DNA of 64,000 bases. Origin: Octopus vulgaris. Taxonomy: Eukaryota. Positions 25,056 through 39,889 of the stretch are shown here, piece by piece. The translations under genes and the position numbers were made by a program. Within the stretch, counting starts at the first letter, position 1. Each line of letters begins with the position of its first letter. Under the pieces are notes generated by a model. That model had not been told where the DNA came from. It did not search any database and saw only the letters and a program-made list of their open reading frames with translations. The stretch is taken from assembly GCA_951406725.2 (NCBI GenBank), contig OX597828.1, positions 73,036,001 to 73,100,000 of the forward strand, given 5' to 3'.

Positions 25056-25723
25056 CGAGTGATTTAAATTTGGCCATTGAAGAAAGTTTAAAACAGTTGA
25101 AGAAATCTGCTTCCAACAAAAAGAGAGTCCGAGTTGTGTATTTCCTCACAGATGGCTGGCAGTCAATGCCTCATATCAAAAGACACAAAATAACCAAATC
25201 GTTCCGTGAAGCTAACAAAGATTGCAAAGCTATATTCTTCACCGTTGCTTTATATCCGAAAGCTGATTACGTCTTATTGAAAACCTTATCGAATCTGAGC
25301 GGAGGCAAAACGTTGAGAATTACTGAGAAACAAAACATATCAAAGGCTATGGTAAATTTCTACAAAGAAATGAGGACACCACTTTTAACTAATTTATCAA
25401 CAGTCGGACCTTATTATAATACATCATATTACGTTGGTTTGAAGGATTATTACAAAGGTTCTGAAAATATCTTGTATTTTAACAAAACTAATGTGAACTC
25501 TAGTGATGGTAGCACGTTATATGTCTACTCTGACAGCGCAAATGGCGCAGTCAAGTTCAAAAGTACCATTGAAGATTCTCACATCGAAGATAATATTGGA
25601 GGGCTTAACAGTGTACAGAGAAAGAATTTCATGGCAAAATATTTGGATTTTTTATTTGTAAGAATGGTTATTGACAGAAAGTTGAAAGCACGCGAAGAAG
25701 AAGCAATCGACAAAGCAACGAAG
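25056..25723 (+). CDS. ITIH-like gene exon (vWA C-terminal half and following domain)
   Basis: FLTDG, DYVLLKTLS..SGG...RI, FYKEMRTPLL, YYKGSE; tgtag/GTAAGT, phase 1/0. Confidence 0.93.
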
Positions 25724-25982
25724 GTAAGTTATAAAACCAAAAGCACCATCAAATATCGTAAATTTTACGAATTCTGATCAAATAGTATCGGAACTGTTGC
25801 TATGGTAACAGAGTTAAAGTACGCAGAGTGAAGCTGTTTGGCACAGACTGACCGTCATCTCTGTCGCGCATGCACACCAAGCCACAACACTTTCGCTCAC
25901 TTCCGTTCTTTATAGGAGTGTTTGCAAATAAAGTGTTGTCGTCTCACCACACCACAGAGATTCGTGACCATGACAGAGAAAA

Positions 25983-26110
25983 TGTGTGTGCGCGCGCGTG
26001 TGTTGGCATATGTGTGTGTGCGCGCACGTGTGTTGGCATATGTGTGTGTGCGCGCACGTGTGTTGGCATATGTGTGTGTGCGCGCACGTGTGTTGGCATA
26101 TGTGTGTGTG
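25983..26110. repeat. 30-bp minisatellite, about 4 copies
   Basis: tgtgtgtgtgcgcgcacgtgtgttggcata repeated. Confidence 0.9.
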
Positions 26111-26406
26111 TGTGTGTGTGCGTGTGTTTTATACACTTGATTCGTGTTTGCATTTCTGTTTGTCCCCACCGCCATTTGGCAACCGGTGTTAGCTTGTTTA
26201 CGTTCCAGTAACTAAGCGGCTCGGCCTAAGCTGCCGATAAAGTAAGTACTGGACTTCCGGTCAAATGTATTTTTCTTGTAATACTACACCTGGCTGAGAG
26301 GGGAGAGTGAGAGTGAGAGAGAGGGACGGACAGATAGATGTGGGCGGAGGGGGGGAAGGAGTGCAGATTTGAATGTGGTTCTATTTGCTGTTTTTCTATA
26401 TTTCAG

Positions 26407-26476
26407 AATGGCTTTTTAACACCCTGGACCTACATGTCTGCGCTGCCCAGCACTTACGACGCTGTTCAAAATTTAG
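26407..26476 (+). CDS. ITIH-like gene exon (NGFLTPWTYMS...)
   Basis: Matches the ITIH 'Y.FVTPLTSMV' motif; tttcag/GTAAGA, phase 0/1. Confidence 0.88.
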
Positions 26477-26738
26477 GTAAGAAAGCTTAAGTTTCGGTGA
26501 GGAGAGTAAGTCGATTACATTGACCCCTAGTACTCAACTGGTACTTATTTTATCCACCCCGAAAAGATGAATGGTAAAGTCGACCTCAGCGGAATTTGAA
26601 CTCAGAACTTTTTGGATTTTTAGGCTGCCTCATCTTTTCTTTCTTTGCGTTCCTTTATGCTACAATGCCATTAATTGCCAAGCCTTGTTTAGATCAAAAA
26701 CATTCAGAACAGGAAAAGAAAACTTTTCATAAACCTAT

Positions 26739-26770
<32 letters not shown>

Positions 26771-27511
26771 GATACTATCCCTTTATGAGGCTATTATAAC
26801 CTCTATTATATATATATATATATATATATACAATATACTGTTCCGTGATAGAAAGTTCAACAAAAAAAGTATTCCATCTTAGTGAGAGATAAATAGCATT
26901 TATTTAAAGGTCACAGTACTTATATTAAAGCAATACTAATAGTTTCATATGCTGAGAAAACTCAAACATATTCTTCATACAACGAACTGATATGTGGTTT
27001 GCGCCTGAAGAGTCCTTTCTGGTATTTTGTAGATTATTATTTGGGGACTTTTTAGTTTGTTTGTTTTCTTTTTTGTTTTTGGTTCTACTTTGTAAAACCA
27101 TTATCGTCAGGTTCCTTGGGTTGTTCTCGTCGTCATCGTTACCCCTTTTCGTTATCTATCTCTCTTTCTATCGATCAATCGATCTATTTGAATATATATT
27201 TTTTATATATAGGAACGAGTGCTTTAAAGGTGCGAAAGACCTGGTTGGAAGCCCAACCTTCCGAGTTCTTTCACAGGGCCGAGGAAAAACTGAAGGACTG
27301 ATACAATAAGTGTGTGAATTTGAAAAGGGAACACGTTAAATAAAACCATAATTAATTGATCCCACTGTATTTTCTATTACCCAAAGGGAACTTTTTCAGC
27401 ACTTCCTCGTATATGTTTGTTTGTTTGCCAAAGTATAATAATAATATTTGGCGGGAAGACTGGATCTTGAATCACAACAGACAAACATTTACATTAATAG
27501 CCGGGAGCGTA

Positions 27512-27950
27512 AGACAGTGAGCTGGCAAAATCGTTAGCACTGGGCGAAATGCTTGGCGGCGAGCTGGCAGAAACGTTAGCACGCCGGGCGAAATGCGTAG
27601 CAGTATTTCGTCTGCTGTTACGTTCTGAGTTCAAATTCCGCCGAGGTCGACTTTGCCTTTCATCCTTTCGGGGTCGATAAATTAAGTACCATTTACGCAC
27701 TGGGGTGGAAATAATCGATCTGTCTGTCTGTCCTTGTTTGTCTCCTCTGTGTTTAGCCCCTTGTGGGTAGTAAAGAAATAGGTATTTCGTCCGTTTTCAC
27801 GTTCTGAGTTCAAATTCTGCCGAGGTAGACATTGCCTTTCATCCTTTCGGGGTTCGATAGAATAAGCACCAACTGTATACCATGGTCGATGTAGTTGGCT
27901 ACACTCCTCTCAAAAATGTCACGCCTTGTGCCTTTAATAGAAAGGTTTAT
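27512..27950 (+). mobile_element. Nested SINEs: a complete copy (~27554-27780) inside an older copy of a related family
   Basis: The outer head stops at gcgaaatgctt and resumes at ggtatttcgtcc after the inner tail aaagaaata. Confidence 0.75.
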
Positions 27951-28198
27951 TTATGACAGCGGACCACTTTGACTTTTATAATTTCGGACTTGATGAAATA
28001 AAGAGCAGTTGAGCGGAGGTTGATGTAAACGACAAGACTTCTCTCCAGGTGTTGTGCATATTTCAGGTTTTGTGAATATGATAGAAATGGTTATCTATAG
28101 CTTTAAGTGATGTACTTCGTGATGCAACATTCCACAATATAAACTTTCTTTTAAAAGTTTATAAAATTCGTATGGCATCAACAATATACTGTAACCTG

Positions 28199-28232
<34 letters not shown>

Positions 28233-28335
28233 TGTATGTATGTATGTATGTATGTATGTATGTATGTATGTATGTATGTATGTGTATGTGTGCATGTGTG
28301 TATGTATATATATATATGTGTAAATATATATATAT

Positions 28336-28780
28336 GGTCGGGTCGTTGGCAACTAAACCGGCAACCCCACCAAGCTTGCTTGGTGAGGAGGGTGTTTATT
28401 GGACACCCTGCGGGATGAAAACCCGTCAAAGGGTGGAGGAACTCTTGAGAGTCAACGGCCATCCAATAAATATCTTAAGGATGTATCATGTGCGGGGACA
28501 TAGAAATAATCAGACTGAATACCCGATCGCGCGGTTAAACCATTGGGAGTGAAGGACTCCTAGCCTTTGTTAGGGCATCTTTCTAGGAGAAGGTAACTCA
28601 GGTAACTGGGATAACTCCGACATAAAACCTGCGGCTCAGTGGTTACCGATGATGTTGACTTGTTCTTCTTTTCGGATTATGGCTGCTGTTGCTTAGTGAG
28701 TGGAATTGACTCAGTGCACAGCCTTGCCTCACTTTAAAAAAATCTCTTCTTGCACAGGCATTGCACGATAACAACATTGA
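28336..28780 (+). mobile_element. Possible RTE-type LINE 5' region fragment
   Basis: gggcatctttctaggagaaggtaactc resembles RTE 5' UTR motifs; begins at a (TA)n tract; no RT seen. Confidence 0.35.
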
Positions 28781-29201
28781 TTAAGCTTCGTGCAATGGCC
28801 ATACTCGATATCGAGGGGGCAGCCACCATATATTATTAGTCGTAAGACACTTGCTGTTTTTACCATTATTGCTTTTGTATTTCACGTTTTTGTATTTCAT
28901 TATTGTTTTTTGTTTTTTATATTCGTGTGGCACCGTCCGTTTTGCTGTCCCTGTGTTCGTATGCATTCGATCCTTCTTCCAGGAAATCTACGCTCCTAGC
29001 TTAGTTTTTCTAATGCTCGTTGCTTAGTTTTTCCTGGAGGGCTGGCCGGTTCTAGTAATCTCAAGATTAATCAGCCGAAATTACTACGATGATCCGGTTC
29101 TTGACTGAAGACTGAGGGCTTCGAATGTCCTGTCTGTGTTTGTTGTATCGTCTTCTAAGTTTTTATGCGTTCTTGTCTCAGTTTGTATTTTTCTACATAT
29201 C

Positions 29202-29255
<54 letters not shown>

Positions 29256-29442
29256 CATATATGAGTGTGTGTATGTGTGTGTGTGTTGTATTTGTGTGCA
29301 TGTAATATCTTCTGGTTATCTATTTTAGTTACTGGAGAACATATTTTGGATGTAGAGATAGAAATACCTGGAAGAGGCTTCACAGGATCAGGTAAGCTCA
29401 TGTAGACATAACATAAACACACATCCATAGCGCGTGCACATT

Positions 29443-29493
<51 letters not shown>

Positions 29494-29963
29494 TATATAT
29501 ATATAAATCAAACTGCAAAATAAAACTCATATAAACTCGTGGTGCATAAGGCAATTACATCGTCCGTAGCAGACGATCCTTGTCTCTTAGCGATATAAAT
29601 ACGACTGCTTTCATGCAGCACGGCTCCTTATGAGAGATACTCTCAAGATAACTAACGTACGATTCTGTTCTCTAACACAAAATCCACGTTTAGGTGGATA
29701 TAAAGATTGTCTTTTCATATTAATACTGATGCTGCCGCTATTAATTGTTTTATGCATAAAAATATTTATCTATGATATATGTATGTGTTTCTGTATGTGT
29801 GTCTGTATGTGTGTCGGCATGCACATTCATAACCTTATATATCCATCAATTTATTTGCTTTCATAATTCAAAGTCTCATTTTAAACCTTTATCCTTTTTA
29901 ATTCTCCACCCATACCAATTACACTCACACAACACCATCATCAAACCATCATCCACATCTCAG

Positions 29964-30077
29964 GAGTCGGAGATCCTCATTTCACTGTCAGCATCCGTGG
30001 ATTGAAAAGACCAGTTTGTTTTGATTTACACGGACATGATGGCGACGTTATTAATTTGCTGGCAGACGACACTGCAA
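29964..30077 (+). CDS. ITIH-like gene exon with GDPHF motif
   Basis: GVGDPHFTVSIRGLKRPVCFDLHGHDGDVINLLAD; ctcag/GTAAGT, phase 1/1; absent from the ORF track in this frame. Confidence 0.93.
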
Positions 30078-30329
30078 GTAAGTAAAACAAAAAACTCTCG
30101 TAATTTGCTTCAGTCTGTAACAATGTGTACAATCCAAATCTTCGTCAGCAAACTTTCTATCCTCTTTTAAAATTTATTCCCGTTTAAATATTGGTGTTCT
30201 GTTAAAACAAATTTACTGCGGTATTTACCATGAGAGAAACACTTACATATGCTTCTGGTGCAGAAAGCACGCTGCTTTGATTATATCGCCGACGGAAAGA
30301 TAACTCTTCACCAACTCCACCATCGACAG

Positions 30330-30374
30330 CACCAGATCAGGTGATTTCGATCATTCTTGATCTCATCGGTGATG
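30330..30374 (-). ncRNA. Type I hammerhead motif (U4->C)
   Basis: RC catca-CcGATGA-gatca(agaa)tgatc-GAAA-tca(cc)tga-TC-tggtg. Confidence 0.6.
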
Positions 30375-30649
30375 GAAGCTCGACCACTAGAGATAGCAGC
30401 AGCTCATATCTTCGATAACAATCAAACCTGGGCACCAGATCGTTGATCCGTTAAGAGTTAACGATATAACTCTAAAGTTAACTTCAAGAATCATTATCGG
30501 ACTAATTAACTTCCGTTACATTTAACTTCCGTTAACACAAGCCAACTTGAGGTAACTTATGTTAACTTCAATTCAATGAGGTTAACGTGTTTTATAGTTT
30601 TTAAAGATATTTTTAGGTAGTTTTAGAGAAAAACTGAGGTATATATATG

Positions 30650-30697
<48 letters not shown>

Positions 30698-31392
30698 ATA
30701 ATAGCTATATCATATATCAAAATAATATATATAGTCCCATTTAAAGTGGCAATTATTTATAAATAATTGACTGAAAAATTATGAGCAAACCCAGGCCTGA
30801 ATCGAACCCACAAATCAACACTAACACGGCTCTTTATGCACCCGATTAGGCCAAACGATCACCCGCTAATTTCAGCCAAATTTTAGCTGTTCAATATTAT
30901 TATATAGTTATTTAAGGCTTAGAGCTGGCAGACTAGTTAGCGCGCCGGGCGAAATGCTTAGCGGTATTTCGCCCGTCTCTACGTTCTGAATTCCGCCGAG
31001 GTCTACCTCGCGTTTGATCCTTTCGGGGCCGACTAAATAAGTTACGCGCTGGAGTCGATGTAATCGACTTAATCCCCTCCCGTAAGCTGCCTTTGCGACA
31101 AAAATTTGAAATCATTATTATAGATTTATTATTATATTAATAGACTTCCATTGTCGGTCTATCTCTGTAACTTACAAAGCGATAGAGTTCCCGATTAAGC
31201 GAAGTTCCTCAGCTTTTGTTCAACCTGTTCTTGATATTGTCCGTTTGTCGCTTTTATTTCCTGTCTTTTGATATACTAACTCTAATTCTCCTTCCATGAT
31301 AATGTTTTCCAACCCTCTGCTCCGTACAATACAGCCACTCCTCTATGTATTTATTTATTTATTCATTTATGTTGTTGTCGTTGTTGTTTCAG

Positions 31393-31809
31393 ACCTGTAT
31401 GTCAATGCGAGAATTATCAAAGCCAGCATCAATTCTAAGAAAACCTATTTAGGAGAAATAAGCATCATAAGAGCTCATCAAACGTGGGTGATCAGCCCAG
31501 ACCAAGTCGAACGTACAAAATCCGATCAACTGCAATGGAAAGATATCGATAAAATTAATATGACTAATGCAGTCAATGTGACGTACGAAGGTGATCAGAT
31601 TAACCAGATTGACAACTCATCGATTAACGATATATCGATCAGACATTCTGGTTACAGAACTTTAACGTTGACGACAAGCAGCAAGAAAGGTAGAATCGAA
31701 TTTTTATTGCGACGTTCTAAAACTAAACATCAACCAATTAAAATGAAGTATTTGAATTTCTATCTGACCGATTCCACTGGACTGAGTGACTCCGATCACG
31801 GACTGATTG
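31393..31809 (+). CDS. ITIH-like gene exon (C-terminal domain)
   Basis: LYVNARII...KTYLGEISI...YLNFYLTDSTGLSDSDHGLIG; tttcag/GTAAGT, phase 1/1. Confidence 0.92.
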
Positions 31810-31839
31810 GTAAGTAGACATATATTACATGCTTAATCA

Positions 31840-31919
<80 letters not shown>

Positions 31920-31974
31920 TAATAATAATAATAATAATGATAAAATTCAATAACAACAACAGTAATAATAATAA

Positions 31975-32186
31975 TCCTTTCTACTAAAGGCAGAAGGCCT
32001 TAAATTTGGGGGAGGGGACCAGTCGGTTACATCGACCCCAGAGTTTCACTTGTACTTAATCTATCGATCACGAAATTACGAAAGACAAAGTCGACGTCGT
32101 CGGAATTTGAACTCAGAACGTAAAGGCGGACGAAATGTTGCCAAGCACTTTGCTCGGCGTGCTAACAATTTTGCCAGCTCACTGCC

Positions 32187-32190
<4 letters not shown>
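31975..32190 (-). mobile_element. tRNA-derived SINE (further degenerate copies near 16355, 20400-20720, 26500, 30915, 32320, 34730, 44450)
   Basis: Shared gtcgacctcggcggaatttgaactc / cccgaaaggatgaaaggcaaa core. Confidence 0.8.
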
Positions 32191-32262
<72 letters not shown>

Positions 32263-32277
32263 TACTACTACTACTAC

Positions 32278-32319
<42 letters not shown>

Positions 32320-32867
32320 AGCCAGCAATTGCGGGGGAGGACGTAAGTGGATTAATCGACCCTAGAGTTTCACTGGTACTTATTTTAATAAGCCCGAAAG
32401 AGAGGACAGGTAAAGTCGACCTCGGCGAACCTTGTACACAGAATGTAAAGACGAACAAATGCTGCAAAGAAGAACAAAAATATTAAGAAACAGCTGTTGG
32501 TAAAATTACATGTGGAATTTGGGATGAAACAATGGCCCTCATTGCTGCAGAATTCCCAAGGTGGCCCAGGGAGAATATAAGAAACGGAGTGGTGGTCAAG
32601 TTATGAAAAAATGGAATAAGCAGAACAAAATGGCGTGCGTTGGAAAGAGAGTCGTTGGAGAGGTCACGGCGTGTGTGACGAAAGATCTTTGACAAAGAAA
32701 CCAAAATTATACTAAGAAAAGTTGATGTGAAGAGCAAATATATATGCATGTGTTTAATTGGTAATATTGGTAATTGGTAATATATTTATTTCTCAAAAGC
32801 GATAAACATAAACGCGATAACATAAACACACGATAACATAAACACACATCCATAGCACGTGCACATT

Positions 32868-32938
<71 letters not shown>

Positions 32939-32968
32939 TGTTAACTATTTCTCTCTAATTTTCAACAG

Positions 32969-33222
32969 GTCAGTTTATCAGTTGGAAAGGAAATATAACG
33001 AAGCTCTACATGCAACCGAATGGAAAAATCCAGTCTTGGATCAAATTAGAAAACGAAAGAGAGAACCGAAATCGAACCTTTACAGCTATTTTAACACACA
33101 ATCGCCGATCAATGTATTCGCATCAGCAATGTTGGACAGTTTGGAAAGAAGGCAAAGATTTCATTAAAGGAGAATATGAAGATTACTTAATACATGGACT
33201 TCATTCTAAGCCATCATCGTAA
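32969..33222 (+). CDS. ITIH-like gene terminal coding exon
   Basis: GQF...CWTVWKEGKDFIKGEYEDYLI*, like ITIH 'GQF...CW....G...IDG.Y.DY.V'; caacag acceptor, stop TAA at 33220-33222. Confidence 0.92.
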
Positions 33223-33588
33223 AAAGGACAAACCACTAACAGATAAAACCGAAATATTCTTCAAGATACTATGTTATGTACGAATGTTATATACGATCAT
33301 ATAAATTGGGAAACGGTAGAGCGGCAGGAATGCATCAAGTGAAATTTTGGTGAAACTGAGTGGAACTTGGTTTCAGGAGGAAATGCTCAAAGAAAATATC
33401 GATGTATCTATCGATCAGGATTTCTCTTTCGCTCTTTTGTTATTGACTTCAGTCACTTTGGTGTAGCCGCGCAGGTGAAACGCTATGCAAACGATAATCG
33501 TATAGACGCGTGTGCATGCGCGCTTGTCTGTCTTTGGATATATGTATGCATGTATGGTACACACACACACCCTCACACAGACGCGCCG

Positions 33589-33634
<46 letters not shown>

Positions 33635-33637
33635 ACA

Positions 33638-33722
<85 letters not shown>

Positions 33723-33935
33723 GATGCCAGTTGGTCATAGCGGTACCAAATCACCAATTATTAAAACTCTATCAATATATTTATACTTTACGGTATTACT
33801 AAAGTCTGGCTGTGAGCAGATGTGAATAACCTGATGTTTGCCATTCTGCTGGAGTCTCATATGCACGCACGCACGCTCGCACGCACGTACGTACGTACGT
33901 ACGTATGTATGTATGTATGTATGTATGTATGTATG

Positions 33936-33969
<34 letters not shown>

Positions 33970-34210
33970 TATATATGTGTATATATATATGTATATATAT
34001 ATAAATATGTATATGTATCTGCATTGATATACATACGTTTTGTTGCAAAACCCAAAGAATGAACGCTCAGGAGTTTAAATAAATGCATTTATCGTTTGAC
34101 ACATAGTTGCATGACTTCAAGTTTCACAGACGCACAAATTACATCTGGTCTTTCGGGCGTTTAATACTGACTAATACTAATACACACAGATATTGTGTGT
34201 GTCTGAGGAT

Positions 34211-34251
<41 letters not shown>

Positions 34252-35489
34252 CTAATGATATAAGCGGTTGTAAGTCCTAACGAACCATGAGTCAAAAATG
34301 ATCGGTTGCTTCTACAAAACTCATATCCATCGTATTCCGGGTGACTCTGTTACTGCTTGTCGACAAATCTCACCCCTGCATATACACATGCAGAAACGTG
34401 TGATATTTATAAACATAAACATATATTTTTTTCTTTAGATTTGTACCTTTATATTACGTATTGATGTATTCCAGCCAACTGCTACCTGACACTCATTCCA
34501 CTCATACGTTTCGGTTGGTTTTCTTTTGCTATTGTCTTCTTCAAAGATCGTAATCTCGTTCGATTTACAAAAGTGATTATCAAACATAAAATATGAAATG
34601 ATTGGTAACGACATCTACTGTTCAAGTATCAAACTGCATTGCATTATTTACCTGTGTTGGACAGGTGAATAAGCATATCTGTTCATAGATCTATTCACTT
34701 GATTCATAGCTAAACAGCAACGACAAGAATGGTTTCAAACTTTGGCACAAGGCAAGCAATTTCATGGATAGAAACAGGTCGATTACATCGACCCCTCTAC
34801 TCAACGGGTACTTATTTTATCGATCCCGAAGGATGAAAGGTAAAGTCGAATTCGGCGGAATTTGAACTTAGAAGGTAAAGTCAGACGTAATACTGCTAAG
34901 TATTTCACTCGGTATGCTAACGATTCCGCCAACTCACGGCTTTAACATCAACGATAATAATAACTAAATTTATAATACAACGCAATGCCACAATTATTAT
35001 TTTAAACTCAAATACTTGTAGCAAAAAATTTTGTAGTGTTTCTGACCAAGAGATTAATTCTTCATTACTTCGTTTTATTTAATTATGGGGGTATATCTCA
35101 GTTTGCTGAAGGCTACAGTAACTGTAGCCGATAACCAAATTGGTTGTACTATTCATTGAACTATGAGAAAAGGATCATCTCCTAAACTTGTATCAGAGAC
35201 TGGCATTAAATCTAAAACAAAACTTTGATCTTTTTAATGAGTTATGTTCCCTTTCTTGCAGGCCTATGTATATATGTTGATATGTGGACATAGAATTTTA
35301 CAAATATATTCTTCGGGTTTTATGCTTAAAATTATGCAGTAATAGAGAAAAAAATGCCGGTCTTACATCCATGCCTTTTTTTTCTGAAATCTACGTAAGA
35401 TCAACTGTGTATGTATGTATGTATGTATGTATGTATACATGATACATAATATATGGTATATAACACACACACACACACACACACCCACC

Positions 35490-35542
<53 letters not shown>

Positions 35543-35549
35543 ATATATG

Positions 35550-35614
<65 letters not shown>

Positions 35615-35691
35615 CATAGGGCAATAATAAATTATTATTACCAGTGGCCTTTCTTGTGGTTTTGAGATTTCTACTGCTCTTTCTAGCACAA

Positions 35692-35756
<65 letters not shown>

Positions 35757-35770
35757 CAACCCCTATTTCA

Positions 35771-35848
<78 letters not shown>

Positions 35849-36054
35849 GTATGTATTTATATTGATATAAGTTGATGAATTTGTGTTGCGAGGGGACGGA
35901 ATGTGTCGCAGAAGAGGTCACAGATACGTAACGAAAGATTTCCGGACAATGGATATGAGTTAGAATAAGAAGAATAATAAACGAGTAAAGAACGAATATA
36001 TACTGAGATGTATTTATATTGCAAAAATAAAAATGACCATCCCGAAATACAGCA

Positions 36055-36103
<49 letters not shown>

Positions 36104-37961
36104 TACACATATATGTTAACATTACTGGCCACTGTTAAAACCTGTTCTATTGTCTACAGCGACCAAAACAACCAACTCCACCACCAGAATTCCTATATAA
36201 TCGCAGAACATGCTAAAAATAAGAGTGAAATCTTCGACCAAATGATTAAGTGAAAATTCTTAGCGTAATATAGACTCTAATACGCAGTATAACTATAATA
36301 ATAATAATAATAATAATAAACGCAAAATGCAGTCAGTCCATCACACCTGGGATCCCTGCAGCTTAGTCTACATAGACATATTATACCTTTTCGGAATCAG
36401 GATGATGCCGGGATTGAAAATCTGATTTTTATTTGGTTCCTGAACATCCAACATTGAGTTTAGATGAGAATTTGTTATATGCTAACAATTGAAAATTCAA
36501 ATTTTAAAAGAACTCCAAAAATTTGTGAACTTACAAGTTTTTCATTGAAACTGAATTCAAATTTATACAATTTTGGTAGGGTACCAATAAATTCTTTCTT
36601 ATTAGCCTCTTTAGTTTGGGGCTACAGGCCCAATTAGCCCTCTGCAGAAGCTAGCTGAAAGGTCCACACGGTGAGCGTCCCATAAGCTAGTATATAAATG
36701 AGGGAAGAATGATGAAGTGGTGGCTAGAATGCCTTTAATCATGCATCTACAGTGTCGAGGCTGACCGGTGGATGGTTGAGCTTTGGGACATATAGCAGCT
36801 ATATGGAGTAGACTGGCAAAAGGTTGAGTACGTGTGGTATTTAGCTACAGTCCCTTACGTTGAAGGTTCATATCTGCTCTTCATTCTTTCTGGGTCGAGA
36901 AAATAGCATTCGAGATTTGAAGTCAATTCCTATAAAACTCGGAAGCTCTGAATGAATTTACAAAAGAGAAACAACAGTACGTCTTGAGAAGCCACGACCG
37001 TGTGAATGTAAGGGAGATAAATAAATATGGCAGGGGAGAGAACTAAAGTGGCAGAGATTCCTTAGCACTTTTTATAACTTGTATTGTTTGTATTCATTAT
37101 ATCGCCTTTTCTTTTCCAATAAAGCATTTTACACAAAATGTATCGTACGTTTTTGTTTTTATCGAAATATACTGAATTACAAAGTATAAAATGCAAATAA
37201 CTTAATCTATGAATAAATTAGATAAAGAGTGAATAAAAGTCTTTTGTACGATCTCGATTAAATAATCTTCTTTCAAAACACATCTTGCCAATCTGGTGCC
37301 ACAAAATGTCACCCAATCGAATCTTTCCTCTGCTCTCCAATGTATTCAATTGTGAGGAGGATCAGCGAGAGTTAAATGTTAAATAAATAAGCTTAATTAA
37401 ATAAATTGAACAATTTCTTAACAGAAATAGATTTTTTGAAAAGCGAGAAGGAAAATAAGAATTCTCATTTAGAAGTCGGAAGAAACAATTTATAATCTGC
37501 TTTCTTTATTCTTTCTTTTTCACTCCAAACATTTCGAGTATTTTATGATTAAGACAAATTTAGGTTTAACCAATGCATAAAAGATATATCCATGAATTTA
37601 TTACTTTTCAACATGGGATCAGAAAATAAATAAATAAAATCAGTGCAATTTCTTTTTTTCTTAAACATTTAAAAAATGTATTGAACGATTTTAACCTAAT
37701 CAATTATAAAATGTGGTTGATGTCAATGATTAATCGATTCTTATCTTTTATTTAAACCTTGAAACGAATATTTTAATGAACTTTTAACTACTGCCTTACT
37801 CATAAAATACACGAAATGTTCGGAGTGAAAAGAAAGAAAAAGGACGACGGATGATAAATTTGGATGAGACAAAAAAAATATTTGAAAGAAACGTGTTTTA
37901 TTTCAAAGGTCCTCCTTTTCACTTTTCTTAATTTTCTCTCGCATTATGTCTGTCTGTCGCG

Positions 37962-38006
<45 letters not shown>

Positions 38007-38177
38007 TGTGTCTGTCTGTGTGTCTGTATGTCTGCCTGCCTGCCTGTCTGTCTGTCTGTCTATCTATCTATCGATGGATCACTATATATGTTGGAAAGTA
38101 GATAGGTCGATCGATCGATAGATAGTTAGATAGATAGATATGCGTGTGTGTTTGTGTATGTGTGTGTATGATATATA

Positions 38178-38313
38178 ACAATAATCCTTGGATAGAATTT
38201 ATAAATAAGTAATGTTTCGCTACACGCGTTTCCACGAATCACGTGCCTCTTAAGATCACGGAAACGCGCGTAGCAATGCATTAAATGTTTATGAATTCCA
38301 TCCAATGATTATA
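38178..38313. mobile_element. Palindromic MITE; related copy at ~63764-63935
   Basis: ataatccttggatagaatt / aattccatccaatgattat and gctacacgcgtttcc / ggaaacgcgcgtagc inverted pairs. Confidence 0.7.
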
Positions 38314-38457
38314 TTTATCCCACATTATATCGGTACTGCACTATGCAATCCCAACAACCTTGTTCATCAATCAGCAGCATAAGACTTTGGCCGGCAAAAT
38401 GGAATAGGAGAATTATTTGTATTTTCAAAACGCTTCCCTTAAACAAATTTAAAGCAT

Positions 38458-38503
<46 letters not shown>

Positions 38504-38900
38504 TTGGAAAAGGATGTGTGGCGTTCGATCATATAATAATATAAATATATAAATATATGCATATATACATATATGTACATGCCTACATCTATATGTATAT
38601 ATACATGCATATATGGGTACAGGACATCAAAAAGAAAAAAAAAGAACGTTGAACACAATGAGAAACGAAAGCATGAAAACAAAAGCATGGAAACGAACTT
38701 TCTTTCAAACATCGAAAAAACAGAGTACAAGAAATACAACACAAGGAATATTCCCCTTCTTCAGTTGTCCCTGTTTCGTCTACTCTGCGTTTCGAAGGAA
38801 GGTATGCACATACATGTATGTATTTATATGTATATTTTATATATTATTTATATTATGTATTATATATATATATATATTATTTTATATATATATATATATA

Positions 38901-38947
<47 letters not shown>

Positions 38948-39744
38948 TAAATCTTTATTCTTCAATTATCTTGTCCTCGTTTTCGTTTCTTTCTTTCCTT
39001 TCCATGAATTACTTCCCCTTCGTTCTCTGTAGTTTCTTCCTCTTTATTTGTGACTATTATGCTGTTATTACATGTAATCGCTGCTGCTGTTGTTGTAATA
39101 GTTGTTGTCTTTGTCATTGCTGTGTTCAAGGCCTCGGTGCCTGAGTTAATTAGATGTTAATTAGAATAAACTTCTTATTGATAGATCGAGAGGTCAAATG
39201 GAGAGTTCTCTATAACAATAAACGGCGTAGAATCTGTTCGTAGAAAATATAGTTAAAATGGCTGACGATCATTACGACAGAATGAATTCAGTCCTTGGAT
39301 GTTGCTCTTCGGCTTACATTATTTCTTACTTTTTGTCTTTGTGTGTGTGTGTGTGTGTGCGTGTGTGTATGTGTGTGTGTGTGTGTGAATGTCCGTGTGT
39401 GAATGTATGTATGCGTGGATGTGTGTGGGTGTATGCATGTCTTCAGCTGCATTCCATTTGAGAGATCTACAAAATAAAATGCAGAGAAATCTTAAATATC
39501 TCAAAAAATATTCAAACATCATTTAAATTGATGCCGGAATTTATACTTAAAATTAACCATAAGATTTCTATGTCACCGTGTTTGTGTTTTTCCTATGCGA
39601 GGTTGTGCATACATCTGTGCCTGTATACATGTATGTATGTATGTATGTATGTATGTATGTATGTATGTATGTATGTATGTACGCATGTATGTATGTACGC
39701 ATGTATGTATGTATGTATGTGCCTGTATGTATGTATGTATGTAA

Positions 39745-39775
<31 letters not shown>

Positions 39776-39889
39776 TGTATGTATGTATGCCTGTATGTAT
39801 GTATGTATGTATGTATGTATGTATGTATGCATGTATGCCTGTATGTATGCGTACGTATACATAGCTTAAAAATTGACAAAGTTCTATAT

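Noticed and set aside
27000-27050. CTGAAGA-gtcc...ggac
   Set aside because: No GAAA or stem III follows; at most a truncated relic
27213-27301. Phase-compatible candidate ITIH exon (GTSALKVRKTW...)
   Set aside because: In-frame stop before any good donor and no ITIH similarity; 26476 joins 29964 cleanly. An alternative terminal exon cannot be excluded.
38745-38800. CTGAAGA and GAAAC on the - strand
   Set aside because: Order and pairing do not give a coherent hammerhead
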